A DNA stretch of 64,000 nt from Eledone cirrhosa (taxonomy: Eukaryota): contig OZ024740.1 of assembly GCA_964016885.1 (NCBI GenBank), positions 435,426,001 through 435,490,000 on the forward strand. Direction: 5' to 3'. The translations under genes were made by a program, and so were the position numbers. The notes under the pieces were generated by a model. It was not told the origin of the DNA. It worked only from the letters and a program-made list of their open reading frames with translations, and searched no databases. Below, in pieces: positions 41,701 to 56,063 of this stretch (position 1 is the stretch's first letter; the number at the start of each line of letters is the position of its first letter).

Positions 41701-44700
41701 GTAGTGGTGTATATGTAGTAGTGGTGTATATGTAGTAGTGGTGGTGTATATGTAGTTGTGGTGGTGTATATGTAGTTGTGGTGGTGTATATGTAGTGGTG
41801 GTGGTGTATATGTAGTGGAGGGGGTGTATATGGAGTGGTGGGGGTGTATATGTAGTGGTGGGGGTGTATATGTAGTAGTAGTGGTGTATATGTAGTGGTG
41901 GTGGTGTATATGTAGTGATGGTGGTGTATATGTAGTGGTGGTGGTGTATGTGTAGTGGTGGTGGTGTATACGTATTGGTGGTGGTGTATATGTAGTGGTG
42001 GTGGTGTATATGTAGTGGTGGTGGTGTATATGTAGTGGTGGTGGTGTATATGTAGTGGTGGCGGTGTATATGTAGTGGTGGTGGTGTATATGTAGTGGTG
42101 GTGGTGTATATGTAGTGGTGGTGGTGTATATGTAGTGGTGGCGGTGTATATGTAGTGGTGGTGGTGTATATGTAGTGGTGGTGGTGTATATGTAGTGGTG
42201 ATGGTGTATATGTAGTGGTGGTGGTGTATATGTAGTAGTGGTGGTGTATATGTAGTGGTGGCGGTGTATATGTAGTGGTGGTGGTGTATATGTAGTGGTG
42301 TTGGTGTATATGTAGTGGTGATGGTGTATATGTAGTGGTGGTGGTGTATATGTAGTGGTGGCGGTGTATATGTAGTTGTGGTGGTGTATATGTAGTGGTG
42401 GTGGTGTATATGTAGTAGTAGTGGTGTATATGCAGTGGTGGTGGTGTATATGTAGTGGTGGTGGTGTATATGTAGTGGTGGTGGTGTATATGTAGTAGTA
42501 GTGGTGTATATGCAGTGGTGGTGGTGTATATGTAGTGGTGGTGGTGTATATGTAGTGGTGGCGGTGTATATGTAGTGGTGGTGGTGTATATGTAGTGGTG
42601 GCGGTGTACATGTAGTGGTGGTGGTGTATATGTAGTGGTGGTGGTGTATATGTAGTGGTGGCGGTGTATATGTAGTGGTGGTGGTGTATATGTAGTGGTA
42701 GTGGTGTATATGTAGTGGTGGCGGTGTATATGCAGTGGTGGTGGTGTATATGTACTGGTGCTGGTGTATATGTAGTGGTGGTGATGGTGTATATGTAGTA
42801 ATGGTGGTGTATATGTAGTGGAGGTGGTGTATATGTAGTGGTGGTGGTGTATATGTAGTGGTGGCGGTGTATATGTAGTGGTGGGGGTGTATATGTAGTG
42901 GTGGTGGTGGTGTATATGTAGTAGTGGTGGTGTATATGTAGTGGAGGTGGTGTATATGTACTGGTGGTGGTGTATATGTAGTAGTGGTGGTGGTGTATAT
43001 GTAGTAGTGGTGGTGGTGTATATGTAGTGGTGATGGTGTATATGTAGTAGTGGTGGTGTATATGTAGTGGTGGTGGTGTATATGTAGTAGTGGTGGTGTA
43101 TATGTAGTGGAGGTAGTGGTGTATATGTAGTAGTGGTGGTGGTGTATATGTGGTAGTGGTGGTGGTGTATATGTAGTGGTGGTGGTGTATATATAGTAGT
43201 GGTGGTGTATATGTAGTAGTGGTGGTGTATATGTAGTAGTGGTGATGTATATGTAGTGATGGTGGTGTATGTGTAGTGGTGGTGTATGTGTAGTGGTGGT
43301 GTATATGTAGTGGTGGCGGTGTATATGTAGTGGTGGTGTATATGTAGTGGTGGTGTATATGTAGTAGTGGTGTATATGTAGTAGTGGTGGTGTATATGTT
43401 GTTGTGGTGGTGTATATGTAGTGGTGGTGGTGTATATGTAGTAGTAGTGGTGTATATGTAGTGGTGGTGTATATGTAGTAGTGGTGGTGTATATGTAGTG
43501 GTGGTGGTGTATATGTAGTGGTGGTGGTGTATATGTAGTGGTGGTGTATATGTAGCAGTGGTGGTGTATATGTAGTGGTGGTGGTGTATATGTAGTGGTG
43601 GTGTATATGTAGCAGTGGTGGTGTATATGTAGTGGTGGTGGTGTATATGTAGTGGTGGTGGTGTATATGTAGTAGTAGTGGTGTATATGTAGTGGTGGTG
43701 GTGTATATGTAGTGGTGGTGTATATGTAGTAGTAGTGGTGTATATGTAGTGGTGGTGGTGTATATGTAGTAGTAGTAGTGTATATGTAGTGGTGGTGTAT
43801 ATGTAGTGGTGGTGGTGTATATGTAGTAGTGGTGGTGGTGTATATGTAGTGCTGGTGGTGTATATGTAGTGGTGGTGGTGTATATGTAGTAGTGGTGGTG
43901 GTGTATATGTAGTGGTGGTGGTGTATATGTAGTAGTGGTGGTGGTGTATATGTAGTAGTGGTGGTGGTGTATATGTAGTGGTGGTGATGTATATGTAGTA
44001 GTGGTGGTGTATATGTAGTTGTGGTGGTGTATATGTAGTTGTGGTGGTGTATATGTAGTGGTGGAGGTGTATATGTAGTGGAGGTGGTGTATATGTAGTG
44101 GTGGGGGTGTATATGTAGTAGTGGTGGTGTATATGTAGTAGTGGTGGTGTGTATGTAGTAGTGGTGGTGGTGTATATGTGGTACTGGTGGTGGTGTATAT
44201 GTAGTGGTGGTGGTGTATATATAGTAGTGGTGGTGTATATGTAGTAGTGGTGGTGTATATGTAGTAGTAGTGGTGTATATGTAGTGGTGGTGGTGTATAT
44301 ATAGTAGTGGTGGTGTATATGTGGTGGTGTATATGTAGTGGTGGTGGTGTATATGTAGTGGTGGTGGTGTATATGTAGTGGTGGTGTATATGTAGTGGTG
44401 GTGGTGTATATGTAGTGGTGGTGTATATGTAGTGGTGGTGGTGTATATGTAGTGGTGGTGTATATGTAGTGGTGGTGATGTATATGTAGTAGTAGTGGTG
44501 TATATGTAGTGATGATGTATATGTAGTGGTGGTGGTGTATATGTAGTTGTGGTGGTGTATATGTAGTAGTGGTGGTGTATATGTAGTGGTGGTGGTGTAT
44601 ATGTAGTAGTAGTGGTGTATATGTAGTAGTGGTGTATATGTAGTAGTGGTGTATATGTAGTAGTGGTGTATATGTAGTAGTGGTGTATATGTAGTAGTGG

Positions 44701-47700
44701 TGTATATGTAGTAGTGGTGGTGTATATGTAGTAGTGGTGGTGTATATGTAGTAGTGATGGTGTATATGTAGTAGTGGTGGTGTATATGTAGTAGTGGTGG
44801 TGTATATGTAGTGGTGGTGGTGTATATGTAGTAGTAGTGGTGTATATGTAGTAGTGGTGTATATGTAGTAGTGGTGTATATGTAGTAGTGGTGTATATGT
44901 AGTAGTGGTGTATATGTAGTAGTGGTGGTGTATATGTAGTTGTGGTGGTGTATATGTAGTTGTGGTGGTGTATATGTAGTGGTGGTGGTGTATATGTAGT
45001 GGAGGGGGTGTATATGGAGTGGTGGGGGTGTATATGTAGTGGTGGGGGTGTATATGTAGTAGTAGTGGTGTATATGTAGTGGTGGTGGTGTATATGTAGT
45101 GATGGTGGTGTATAAGGTAGTGGTGGTGGTGTATGTGTAGTGGTGGTGGTGTATACGTATTGGTGGTGCTGTATATGTAGTGGTGGTGGTGTATATGTAG
45201 TGGTGGTGGTGTATATGTAGTGGTGGTAGTGTATGTGTAGTGGTGGTGGTGTATATGTAGTAGTAGTGGTGTATATGTAGTGGAGGTGGTGGTGTATATG
45301 TAGTAGTGGTGGTGGTGTATATGTAGTGGTGGTGGTGTATATGTAGTGGTGGTGGTTTATGTGTAGTGGTGGTGGTGTATACGTAGTGGTGGTGGTGTAT
45401 ATGTAGTGGTGGTGGTGTATATGTAGTAGTGGTGGTGTATGTGTAGTGGTGGTGGTGTATATGTAGTAGTGGTGGTGTATATGTAGTAGTAGTGGTGTAT
45501 ATGTAGTGGAGGTGGTGGTGTATATGTAGTAGTGGTGGTGGTGTATATGTAGTGGTGGTGGTGTATATGTAGTGGTGGTAGTGTATGTGTAGTGGTGGTG
45601 GTGTATATGTAGTAGTGGTGGTGTATATGTAGTGGAGGTGGTGGTGTATATGTAGTGGTGGTGGTGTATGTGTAGTGGTGGTGGTGTATACGTAGTGGTG
45701 GTGGTGTATATGTAGTGGTGGTGGTGTATATGTAGTGGTGGTGGTGTATATGTAGTGGTGGTGGTGTATATGTAGTGGTGGTGGTGTATGTGTAGTGGTG
45801 GTGGTGTATACGTAGTGGTGTATATGTAGTGGTGGTGGTGTATATGTAGTGGTGGTGGTGTATATGTAGTAGTAGTGGTGTATATGTAGTGGTGGTGGTG
45901 TATATGTAGTGGTGGTGGTGTATACGTAGTGGTGGTGGTGTATATGTAGTGATGGTGGTGTATATGTAGTGGTGGTGGTGTATGTGTAGTGGTGGTGGTG
46001 TATACGTAGTGGTGGTGGTGTATACGTAGTGGTGGTGGTGTATATGTAGTGGTGGTGGTGTATATGTAGTGGTGGTAGTGTATGTGTAGTGGTGGTGGTG
46101 TATATGTAGTAGTGGTGGTGTATATGTAGTAGTAGTGGTGTATATGTAGTGGAGGTGCTGGTGTATATGTAGTAGTGGTGGTGGTGTATATGTACTGGTG
46201 TATATGTAGTAGTAGTGGTGTATATGTAGTAGTGGTGGTGTATATGTAGTAGTGGTGGTGTAAATGTAGTAGTGGTGGTGGTGTATATGTAGTGGTGGTG
46301 GTGTATATGTAGTAGTGGTGGTGTATATGTAGTGGTGGTGGTGTATATGTAGTGGTGGTGGTGTATATGTAATGGTGGTGGTGTATATGTAGTAGTAGTA
46401 GTAGTGGTGTATATGTAGTGGTGGTGTATATGTAGTAGTGGTGGTGTATATGTATTGGTGGTGGTGGTGTATATGTGGTACTGGTGGTGGTGTATATGTA
46501 GTGGTGGTGGTGGTGTATATGTGGTACTGGTGGTGGTGTATATGTAGTGGTGGTGGTGTATATATAGTAGTGGTGGTGTACATGTAGTAGTGGTGGTGTA
46601 TATGTAGTAGTAGTGGTGTATATGTAGTGGTGATGTATATGTAGTGGTGGTGGTGTATATGTAGTAGTGGTGGTGTATATGTAGTAGTGGTGGTGTATAT
46701 GTAGTGGTGGTGGTGTATATGTAGTGGTGGTGGTGTATATGTAGTGATGGTGGTGTATATGTAGTGGTGGTGGTGTATGTGTAGTGGTGGTGGTGTATAT
46801 GTAGTGGTGGTGGTGTATATGTAGTAGTAGTAGTGGTGTATATGTAGTGGTGGTGGTGTATATGTAGTGGTGGTGGTGTATATGTAGTGGTGGTGGTGTA
46901 TATGTAATGGAGGTGGTGTATATGTAGTGGTGGTGGTGTATATGTAGTAGTGGTGGTGTATATGTAGTAGTGGTGGTGTATATGTAGTGGTGGTGGTGTA
47001 TATGTAGTAGTGGTGGTGTATATGTAGTAGTGGTGGTGTATATGTAGTGGAGGTGGTGGTGTATATGTAGTGGAGGTGGTGGTGTATATGTAGTAGTGGT
47101 GGTGGTGTATATGTAGTGGTGGTGGTGTATATGTAGTGGTGGTGGTGTATATGTAGTGGTGGTGGTGTATATGTAGTGGAGGTGGTGTATATGTAGTGGA
47201 GGTGGTGTATATGTAGTAGTGGTGGTGTATATGTAGTGGTGGTGGTGTATATGTAGTAGTGATGGTGTATATGTAGTAGTGATGGTGCATATGTGGTAGT
47301 GGTGGTGTATATGTAGTGGTGGTGGTGTATATGTAGTGGTGGTGGTGTATATGTGGTAGTAGTGGTGTATATGTAGTGGTGGTGGTGTATATGTAGTGGA
47401 GGTGGTGTATATGTAGTAGTGGAGGTGGTGTATATGTAGTAGTGGTGGTGGTGTATATGTAGTAGTGGTGGTGGTGTATATGTAGTAGTGATGGTGCATA
47501 TGTGGTAGTGGTGGTGTATATGTAGTGGTGGTGGTGTATATGTAGTGGTGGTGTATATGTAGTGGAGGTGGTGTATATGTAGTGGAGGTGGTGTATATGT
47601 AGTGGTGGTGTATATGTAGTGGTGGTGTTGTATATGTAGTGGTGGTGGTGTATATGTAGTGGTGGTGGTGTATATGTAGTGGAGCTGGTGTATATGTAGT

Positions 47701-50700
47701 GGTGGTGGTGTATATGTAGTGGTGGTGTATATGTAGTGGTGGTGGTGTATTTGTAGTGGTGGTGGTGTATATGTAGTGGTGGTGGTGTATATGTAGTGGT
47801 GGTGGTGTATATGTAGTGGTGGTGTATATGTAGTAGTGGTGGTGTATATGTAGTGGTGGTGGTGTATATGTAGTGGTGGCGTATATGTAGTAGTGGTGGT
47901 GTATATGTAGTGGTGGTGTATATGTGGTAGTGGTGGTGGTGTATATGTAGTGGTGGTGGTGTATATGTAGTGGTGGTGGTGTATATATGGTAGTGGTGGT
48001 GTATATGTAGTGGTGGTGGTGTATATGTAGTGGTGGTGGTGTATATGTAGTGGTTGTGGTGTATATGTAGTAGAGGTGGTGTATATGTAGTGGTGGTGGT
48101 GTATATGTAGTGGTGTTGGTGTATATGTAGTGGTGGTGGTGTATATGTAGTGGTGGTGGTGTATATGTAGTGGTGGTGGTGTATATGTAGTTGTTGGTGG
48201 TGTATATGTAGTGGTGGTGGTGTATGTGTAGTGGTGGTAGTGTATGTGTAGTGGTGGTGGTGTATATGTAGTGGTGGTGGTGTATATGTAGTAGTGGTGG
48301 CAGTGTATATGTAGTAGTGGTGGTGTATATGTAGTGGTGGTGGTGTATGTGTAGTGGTGGTAGTGTATGTGTAGTGGTGGTGGTGTATATGTAGTGGTGG
48401 TGGTGTATATGTGGTAGTGGTGGTGTATATGTAGTGGTGGTGGTGTATATGTGGTAGTGGTGGTGTATATGTAGTGGTGGTGGTGTATATGTAGTGGTGG
48501 TGGTGTATATGTAGTGGTGGTGTATATGTAGTTGTGGTGGTGTATATGTAGTGGTGGCGGTGTATATGTAGTGGTGGTGGTGTATATGTAGTGGTGGTGG
48601 TGTATATGTAGTGGTGGTGTATATGTAGTGGTGGAGGTGTATATGTAGTGGTGGCGGTGTATATGTAGTAGTGGTGGTGTATATGTAGTGGTGGTGGTGT
48701 ATATGTAGTGGTGCTGGTGTATATGTAGTGGTGGCGGTGTATATGTAGTGGTGGCGGTGTATATGTAGTGGTGGCGGTGTATAGGTAGTGGTGGCGGTGT
48801 ATATGTAGTGGTGGTGGTGGTGTATATGTAGTGGTGGTGGTGTATATGTAGTGGTGGTGTATATGTAGTGGTGGTGTATATGTAGTAGTGGTGTATATGT
48901 AGTAGTGGTGTATATGCAGTGGTGGTGGTGTATATGTAGTGGTGGTGGTGTATATGTAGTGGTGGCGGTGTATATGTAGTGGTGGCGGTGTATATGTAGT
49001 GGTGGTGGTGTATATGTAGTGGTGGTGGTGTATATGTAGTGGTGGTGGTGTATATGTAGTGATGGTGGTGGTGTATATGTAGTGGTGGTGGTGTATATGT
49101 AGTGGTGGTGGTGTATATGTAGTGGTGGTGGTGTATATGTAGTAGTGGTGGTGGTGTATATGTAGTGGTGGTGGTGTATATGTAGTGGTGGTGGTGTATA
49201 TGTAGTGGTGGCGGTGTATATGTAGTGGTGGTGGTGTATATGTAGTTGTGGTGGTGTATATGTAGTGGTGATGGTGTATATGTAGTGGTGGTGGTGTATA
49301 TGTAGTGGTGATGGTGTATATGTAGTGGTGGTGGTGTATATGTAGTGGTGGTGGTGTATATGTAGTGGTGATGGTGTATATGTAGTGGTGGTGGTGTATA
49401 TGTAGTGGTGGTGGTGTATATGTAGTGGTGGTGGTGTATATGTAGTGGTGGTGGTGTATATGTAGTGGTGGTGGTGTATATGTAGTGGTGATGGTGTATA
49501 TGTAGTGGTGGTGGTGTATATGTAGTGGTGGTGGTGTATATGTAGTGGTGGTGGTGTATATGTAGTGGTGGTGGTGTATATGTAGTGGTGGTGGTGTATA
49601 TGTAGTGGTGATGGTGTATATGTAGTGGTGGTGGTGGTGTATATGTAGTAGTGGTGGTGTATATGTAGTGGTGGTGGTGTATATGTAGTGGTGGCGGTGT
49701 ATATGTAGTGGTGGTGGTGTATATGTAGTGGTGTTGGTGTATATGTAGTGGTGATGGTGTATATGTAGTGGTGGTGGTGTATATGTAGTGGTGGCGGTGT
49801 ATATGTAGTTGTGGTGGTGTATATGTAGTGGTGGTGGTGTATATGTAGTAGTAGTGGTGTATATGCAGTGGTGGTGGTGTATATGTAGTGGTGGTGGTGT
49901 ATATGTAGTGGTGGTGGTGTATATGTAGTAGTAGTGGTGTATATGCAGTGGTGGTGGTGTATATGTAGTGGTGGTGGTGTATATGTAGTGGTGGCGGTGT
50001 ATATGTAGTGGTGGTGGTGTATATGTAGTGGTGGCGGTGTATATGTAGTGGTGGTGGTGTATATGTAGTGGTGGTGGTGTATATGTAGTGGTGGCGGTGT
50101 ATATGTAGTGGTGGTGGTGTATATGTAGTGGTAGTGGTGTATATGTAGTGGTGGCGGTGTATATGCAGTGGTGGTGGTGTATATGTAGTGGTGGTGGTGT
50201 ATATGTAGTGGTGGTGATGGTGTATATGTAGTAGTGGTGGTGTATATGTAGTGGAGGTGGTGTATATGTAGTGGTGGTGGTGTATATGTAGTGGTGGCGG
50301 TGTATATGTAGTGGTGGGGGTGTATATGTAGTGGTGGTGGTGTATATGTAGTAGTGGTGGTGTATATGTAGTGGAGGTGGTGTATATGTACTGGTGGTGG
50401 TGTATATGTAGTAGTGGTGGTGGTGTATATGTAGTAGTGGTGGTGGTGTATATGTAGTGGTGATGGTGTATATGTAGTAGTGGTGGTGTATATGTAGTGG
50501 TGGTGGTGTATATGTAGTAGTGGTGGTGTATATGTAGTGGTGGTGGTGGTGTATATGTAGTAGTGGTGGTGGTGTATATGTAGTGGTGATGGTGTATATG
50601 TAGTAGTGGTGGTGTATATGTAGTGGTGATGGTGTATATGTAGTAGTGGTGGTGTATATGTAGTAGTGGTGGTGTATATGTAGTGGTGGTGGTGTATATG

Positions 50701-53700
50701 TAGTGGTGGTGGTGTATATGTAGTGGTGGTGGTGGTGGTGTATATGTAGTGGTGGTGATGGTGTATATGTAGTGGTGATGGTGTATATGTAGTGGTGGTG
50801 GTGTATATGTAGTGGTGGTGGTGGTGTATATGTAGTGGTGGTGGTGGTGTATATGTAGTGGTGATGGTGTATATGTAGTGGTGATGGTGTATATGTAGTG
50901 GTGGTGGTGTATATGTGGTAGTGGTGGTGTATATGTAGTGGTGGTGTATATGTAGTGGTGGTGGTGTATATGTAGTAGTGGTGGTGTATATGTAGTAGTG
51001 GTGGTGTATATGTAGTAGTGGTGGTGTATATGTAGTGGTGGTGGTGTATATGTAGTGGTGGTGTATATGTAGTGGTGGTGGTGTATATGTAGTAGTAGTG
51101 GTGTATATGTAGTGGAGGTAGTGGTGTATATGTAGTAGTGGTGGTGGTGTATATGTGGTAGTGGTGGTGGTGGTGTATATGTAGTGGTGGTGGTGTATAT
51201 GTAGTGGTGGTGGTGTATATATAGTAGTGGTGGTGTATATGTAGTAGTGGTGGTGTATATGTAGTAGTGGTGATGTATATGTAGTGATGGTGGTGTATGT
51301 GTAGTGGTGGTGTATGTGTAGTGGTGGTGTATATGTAGTGGTGGCGGTGTATATGTAGTGGTGGTGTATATGTAGTGGTGGTGTATATGTAGTAGTGGTG
51401 TATATGTAGTAGTGGTGGTGTATATGTTGTTGTGGTGGTGTATATGTAGCGGTGGTGGTGTATATGTAGTAGTAGTGGTGTATATGTAGTGGTGGTGTAT
51501 ATGTAGTAGTGGTGGTGTATATGTAGTGGTGGTGGTGTATATGTAGTGGTGGTGTATATGTAGTGGTGGTGTATATGTAGCAGTGGTGGTGTATATGTAG
51601 TGGTGGTGGTGTATATGTAGTGGTGGTGTATATGTAGTGGTGGTGTATATGTAGCAGTGGTGGTGGTGTATATGTAGTGGTGGTGGTGTATATGTAGTAG
51701 TAGTGGTGTATATGTAGTGGTGGTGGTGTATATGTAGTGGTGGTGTATATATAGTAGTAGTGGTGTATATGTAGTGGTGGTGTATATGTAGTAGTAGTAG
51801 TGTATATGTAGTGGTGGTGTATGTGTAGTGGTGGTGTATATGTAGTGGTGGCGGTGTATATGTAGTGGTGGTGTATATGTAGTGGTGGTGTATATGTAGT
51901 AGTGGTGTATATGTAGTAGTGGTGGTGTATATGTAGTGGTGGTGGTGTATATGTAGTAGTAGTGGTGTATATGTAGTGGTGGTGTATATGTAGTAGTGGT
52001 GGTGTATATGTAGTGGTGGTGGTGTATATGTAGTGGTGGTGGTGTATATGTAGTGGTGGTGGTGTATATGTAGTGGTGGTGTATATGTAGTGGTGGTGTA
52101 TATGTAGCAGTGGTGGTGTATATGTAGTGGTGGTGGTGTATATGTAGTGGTGGTGTATATGTAGTGGTGGTGTATATGTAGCAGTGGTGGTGTATATGTA
52201 GTGGTGGTGGTGTATATGTAGTGGTGGTGGTGTATATGTAGTAGTAGTGGTGTATATGTAGTGGTGGTGGTGTATATGTAGTGGTGGTGTATATGTAGTA
52301 GTAGTGGTGTATATGTAGTGGTGGTGTATATGTAGTAGTAGTAGTGTATATGTAGTGGTGGTGTATATGTAGTGGTGGTGGTGTATATGTAGTAGTGGTG
52401 GTGGTGTATATGTAGTGCTGGTGGTGTATATGTAGTGGTGGTGGTGTATATGTAGTAGTGGTGGTGGTGTATATGTAGTGGTGGTGGTGTATATGTAGTA
52501 GTGGTGGTGGTGTATATGTAGTAGTGGTGGTGGTGTATATGTAGTGGTGGTGATGTATATGTAGTAGTGGTGGTGTATATGTAGTTGTGGTGGTGTATAT
52601 GTAGTTGTGGTGGTGTATATGTAGTGGTGGAGGTGTATATGTAGTGGAGGTGGTGTATATGTAGTGGTGGGGGTGTATATGTAGTAGTGGTGGTGTATAT
52701 GTAGTAGTGGTGGTGTGTATGTAGTAGTGGTGGTGGTGTATATGTAGTAGTGGTGGTGGTGTATATGTGGTACTGGTGGTGGTGTATATGTAGTGGTGGT
52801 GGTGTATATATAGTAGTGGTGGTGTATATGTAGTAGTGGTGGTGTATATGTAGTAGTAGTGGTGTATATGTAGTGGTGGTGGTGTATATATAGTAGTGGT
52901 GGTGTATATGTAGTGGTGGTGGTGTATATATAGTGGTGGTGGTGTATATGTAGTGGTGGTGTATATGTAGTGGTGGTGGTGTATATGTAGTGGTGGTGTA
53001 TATGTAGTGGTGGTGGTGTATATGTAGTGGTGGTGTATATGTAGTGGTGGTGGTGTATATGTAGTAGTAGTGGTGTATATGTAGTGATGATGTATATGTA
53101 GTGGTGGTGGTGTATATGTAGTTGTGGTGGTGTATATGTAGTAGTGGTGGTGTATATGTAGTGGTGGTGGTGTATATGTAGTAGTAGTGGTGTATATGTA
53201 GTAGTGGTGTATATGTAGTAGTGGTGTATATGTAGTAGTGGTGTATATGTAGTAGTGGTGTATATGTAGTAGTGGTGTATATGTAGTAGTGGTGGTGTAT
53301 ATGTAGTAGTGGTGGTGTATATGTAGTAGTGATGGTGTATATGTAGTAGTGGTGGTGTATATGTAGTAGTGGTGGTGTATATGTAGTGGTGGTGGTGTAT
53401 ATGTAGTAGTAGTGGTGTATATGTAGTAGTGGTGTATATGTAGTAGTGGTGTATATGTAGTAGTGGTGGTGTATATGTAGTAGTGGTGGTGTATATGTAG
53501 TAGTGGTGGTGTATATGTAGTTGTGGTGGTGTACATGTAGTTGTGGCGGTGTATATGTAGTGGTGGTGGTGTATATGTAGTGGTGGTGGTGTATATGTAG
53601 TGGAGGGGGTGTATATGTAGTGGTGGGGGTGTATATGTAGTGGTGGTGGTGTATATGTAGTAGTGGTGGTGTATATGTAGTAGTGGTGGTGTATATGTAG

Positions 53701-54110
53701 TAGTGGTGGTGGTGTATATGTGGTACTGGTGGTGGTGTATATGTAGTGGTGGTGGTGTATATATAGTAGTGGTGGTGTATATGTAGTGGTGATGTATATG
53801 TAGTGGTGGTGGTGTATATGTAGTAGTAGTAGTGGTGTATATGTAGTGGTGGTGTATATGTAGTAGTGGTGGTGTATATGTAGTGGTGGTGGTGTATATG
53901 TAGTAGTGGAGGTGTATATGTAGTGGTGGTGGTGTATATGTAGTGGTGGTGGTGTATATGTAGTAGTAGTGGTGGTGTATATGTAGTAGTGGTGGTGTAT
54001 ATGTAGTGGTGGTGGTGTATATGTAGTGGTGGTGGTGTATATGTAGTGGTGGTGGTGTATATGTAGTGGTGGTGTATATGTAGTGGTGGTGGTGTATATG
54101 TAGTGGTGGT
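29734..54110. repeat. 24.4-kb G/T-rich satellite, modal 20-bp unit GTATATGTAGTGGTGGTGGT with variable triplet number
   Basis: GTATATGT core plus (AGT/GGT)n; units of 14-29 bp in steps of 3; extreme strand asymmetry. Confidence 0.99.
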
Positions 54111-54375
54111 TTATTGACTATGCTATTCCCCCCATATTAACACTGTCACCTAATTACTGTCTCATATAAACACAGTTATTAGAATGTTTAGTTTAGATTG
54201 TCAAGACAAACATTTCATAGTCTCTCATTCTCAAAATATCATATTTATACTAACTACACAAACATAATATCAATATATTTCGCACTGAAAGCCATAAGGT
54301 GAATAATTTCACCTTCTTCCTCTGACTCCACCCATACATTATATCATCATCTTCATCATCAGTAGCAGCAGCACT

Positions 54376-54540
54376 TTAACCCTTTAGCATTTACCCCCCC
54401 CCCCCCCCTTAGCCATATCCGGCCAGAAATCTCTCACCTCTTTCTGTTCAAACCAGCTGTAACCGGCCCCTCATACCTACATTAAGGTACTGTTCTCAAA
54501 ATAAATACCATCAAATTCTCATAGTTTCAATATTACGTGA
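54376..54540 (+). mobile_element. Left part of a piggyBac-type (TTAA) MITE
   Basis: Starts TTAA-CCCTTTAGCATTTA, a TTAA target plus CCC terminus typical of piggyBac. No intact right TIR found. Confidence 0.55.
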
Positions 54541-56063
54541 GATATGTGAGGTAAAGCCTTTTCTATGAAAATACAATAGTAAATATAGAGTAATGTAAAT
54601 GTTATGTGAGGTAAAGCCTTTACTGTGAAAATACAATAGTAAATATAGAGTAATGTAAATGTTATGTGAGGTAAAGCCTTTACTGTGAAAATACAATAGT
54701 AAATATAGAGTAATGTAAATGTTATGTGAGGTAAAGCCTTTACTGTGAAAATACAATAGTAAATATAGAGTAATGTAAATGTTATGTGAGGTAAAGCCTT
54801 TACTGTGAAAATACAATAGTAAATATAGAGTAATGTAAATGATATGTGAGGTAAAGCCTTTACTGTGAAAATACAATAGTAAATATAGAGTAATGTAAAT
54901 GTTATGTGAGGTAAAGCCTTTACTGTGAAAATACAATAGTAAATATAGAGTAATGTAAATGTTATGTGAGGTAAAGCCTTTACTGTGAAAATACAATAGT
55001 AAATATAGAGTAATGTAAATGTTGTGAGATATTATATGAGGTAAAGCCTTTACTGTGAAAATACAATAGTATATATAGAGTAATGTAAATGTTATGTGAG
55101 ATGTTATGTGAGGTAAAGCCTTTACTGTGAAAATACAATAGTATATATAGAGTAATGTAAATGTTATGTCAGATAATTATGTAAGGTAAAGCATTTACTG
55201 TGAAAATAGAATAGTATATATAGAGTAATGTAAATGTTATGTCAGATAATTATGTAAGGTAAAGCCTTTACTGTGAAAATACAATAGTATATATAGAGTA
55301 ATGTAAATGTTATGTGAGATATTATGTGAGGTAAAGCCTTTACTGTGAAAATACAATAGTATATATAGAGTAATGTAAATGTTATGTGAGATATTATGTA
55401 AGGTAAAGCCTTTTCTATGAAAATACAATAGTATATATAGAATAATGTAAATGTTATGTGAGATATTATGTGAGGTAAAGCCTTTACTGTGAAAATACAA
55501 TAGTATATATAGAGTAATGTAAATGTTATGTGAGATATTATGTGAGGTAAAGCCTTTACTGTGAAAATACAATAGTATATATAGAGTAATGTAAATGTTA
55601 TGTGAGATATTATGTGAGGTAAAGCCTTTACTGTGAAAATACAATAGTATATATAGAGTAATGTAAATGTTATGTGAGATATTATGTAAGGTAAAGCCTT
55701 TTCTGTGAAAATACAATAGTAACTATAGAGTAATGTAAATGTTATGTGAGGTAAAGCCTTTACTGTGAAAATACAATAGTATATATAGAGTAATGTAAAT
55801 GTTATGTGAGATATTATGTGAGGTAAAGCCTTTACTGTGAAAATACAATAGTAAATATAGAGTAATGTAAATGTTATGAGATATTATGTGAGGTAAAGCC
55901 TTTACTGTGAAAATACAATAGTATATATAGAATAATGTAAATGCTATGTGAGATATGTGAGGTAAAGTCTTTACTGTGAAAATACAATAGTATATATAGA
56001 ATAATGTAAATGTTATGAGATATTATGTGAGGTAAAGCCTTTACTGTGAAAATACAATAGTAT

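Noticed and set aside
29261-53536. 8091-, 5337- and 4296-aa His/Thr/Pro-rich ORFs
   Set aside because: The C/A-rich strand of the satellite lacks stop triplets, and all three frames give the same periodic peptide.
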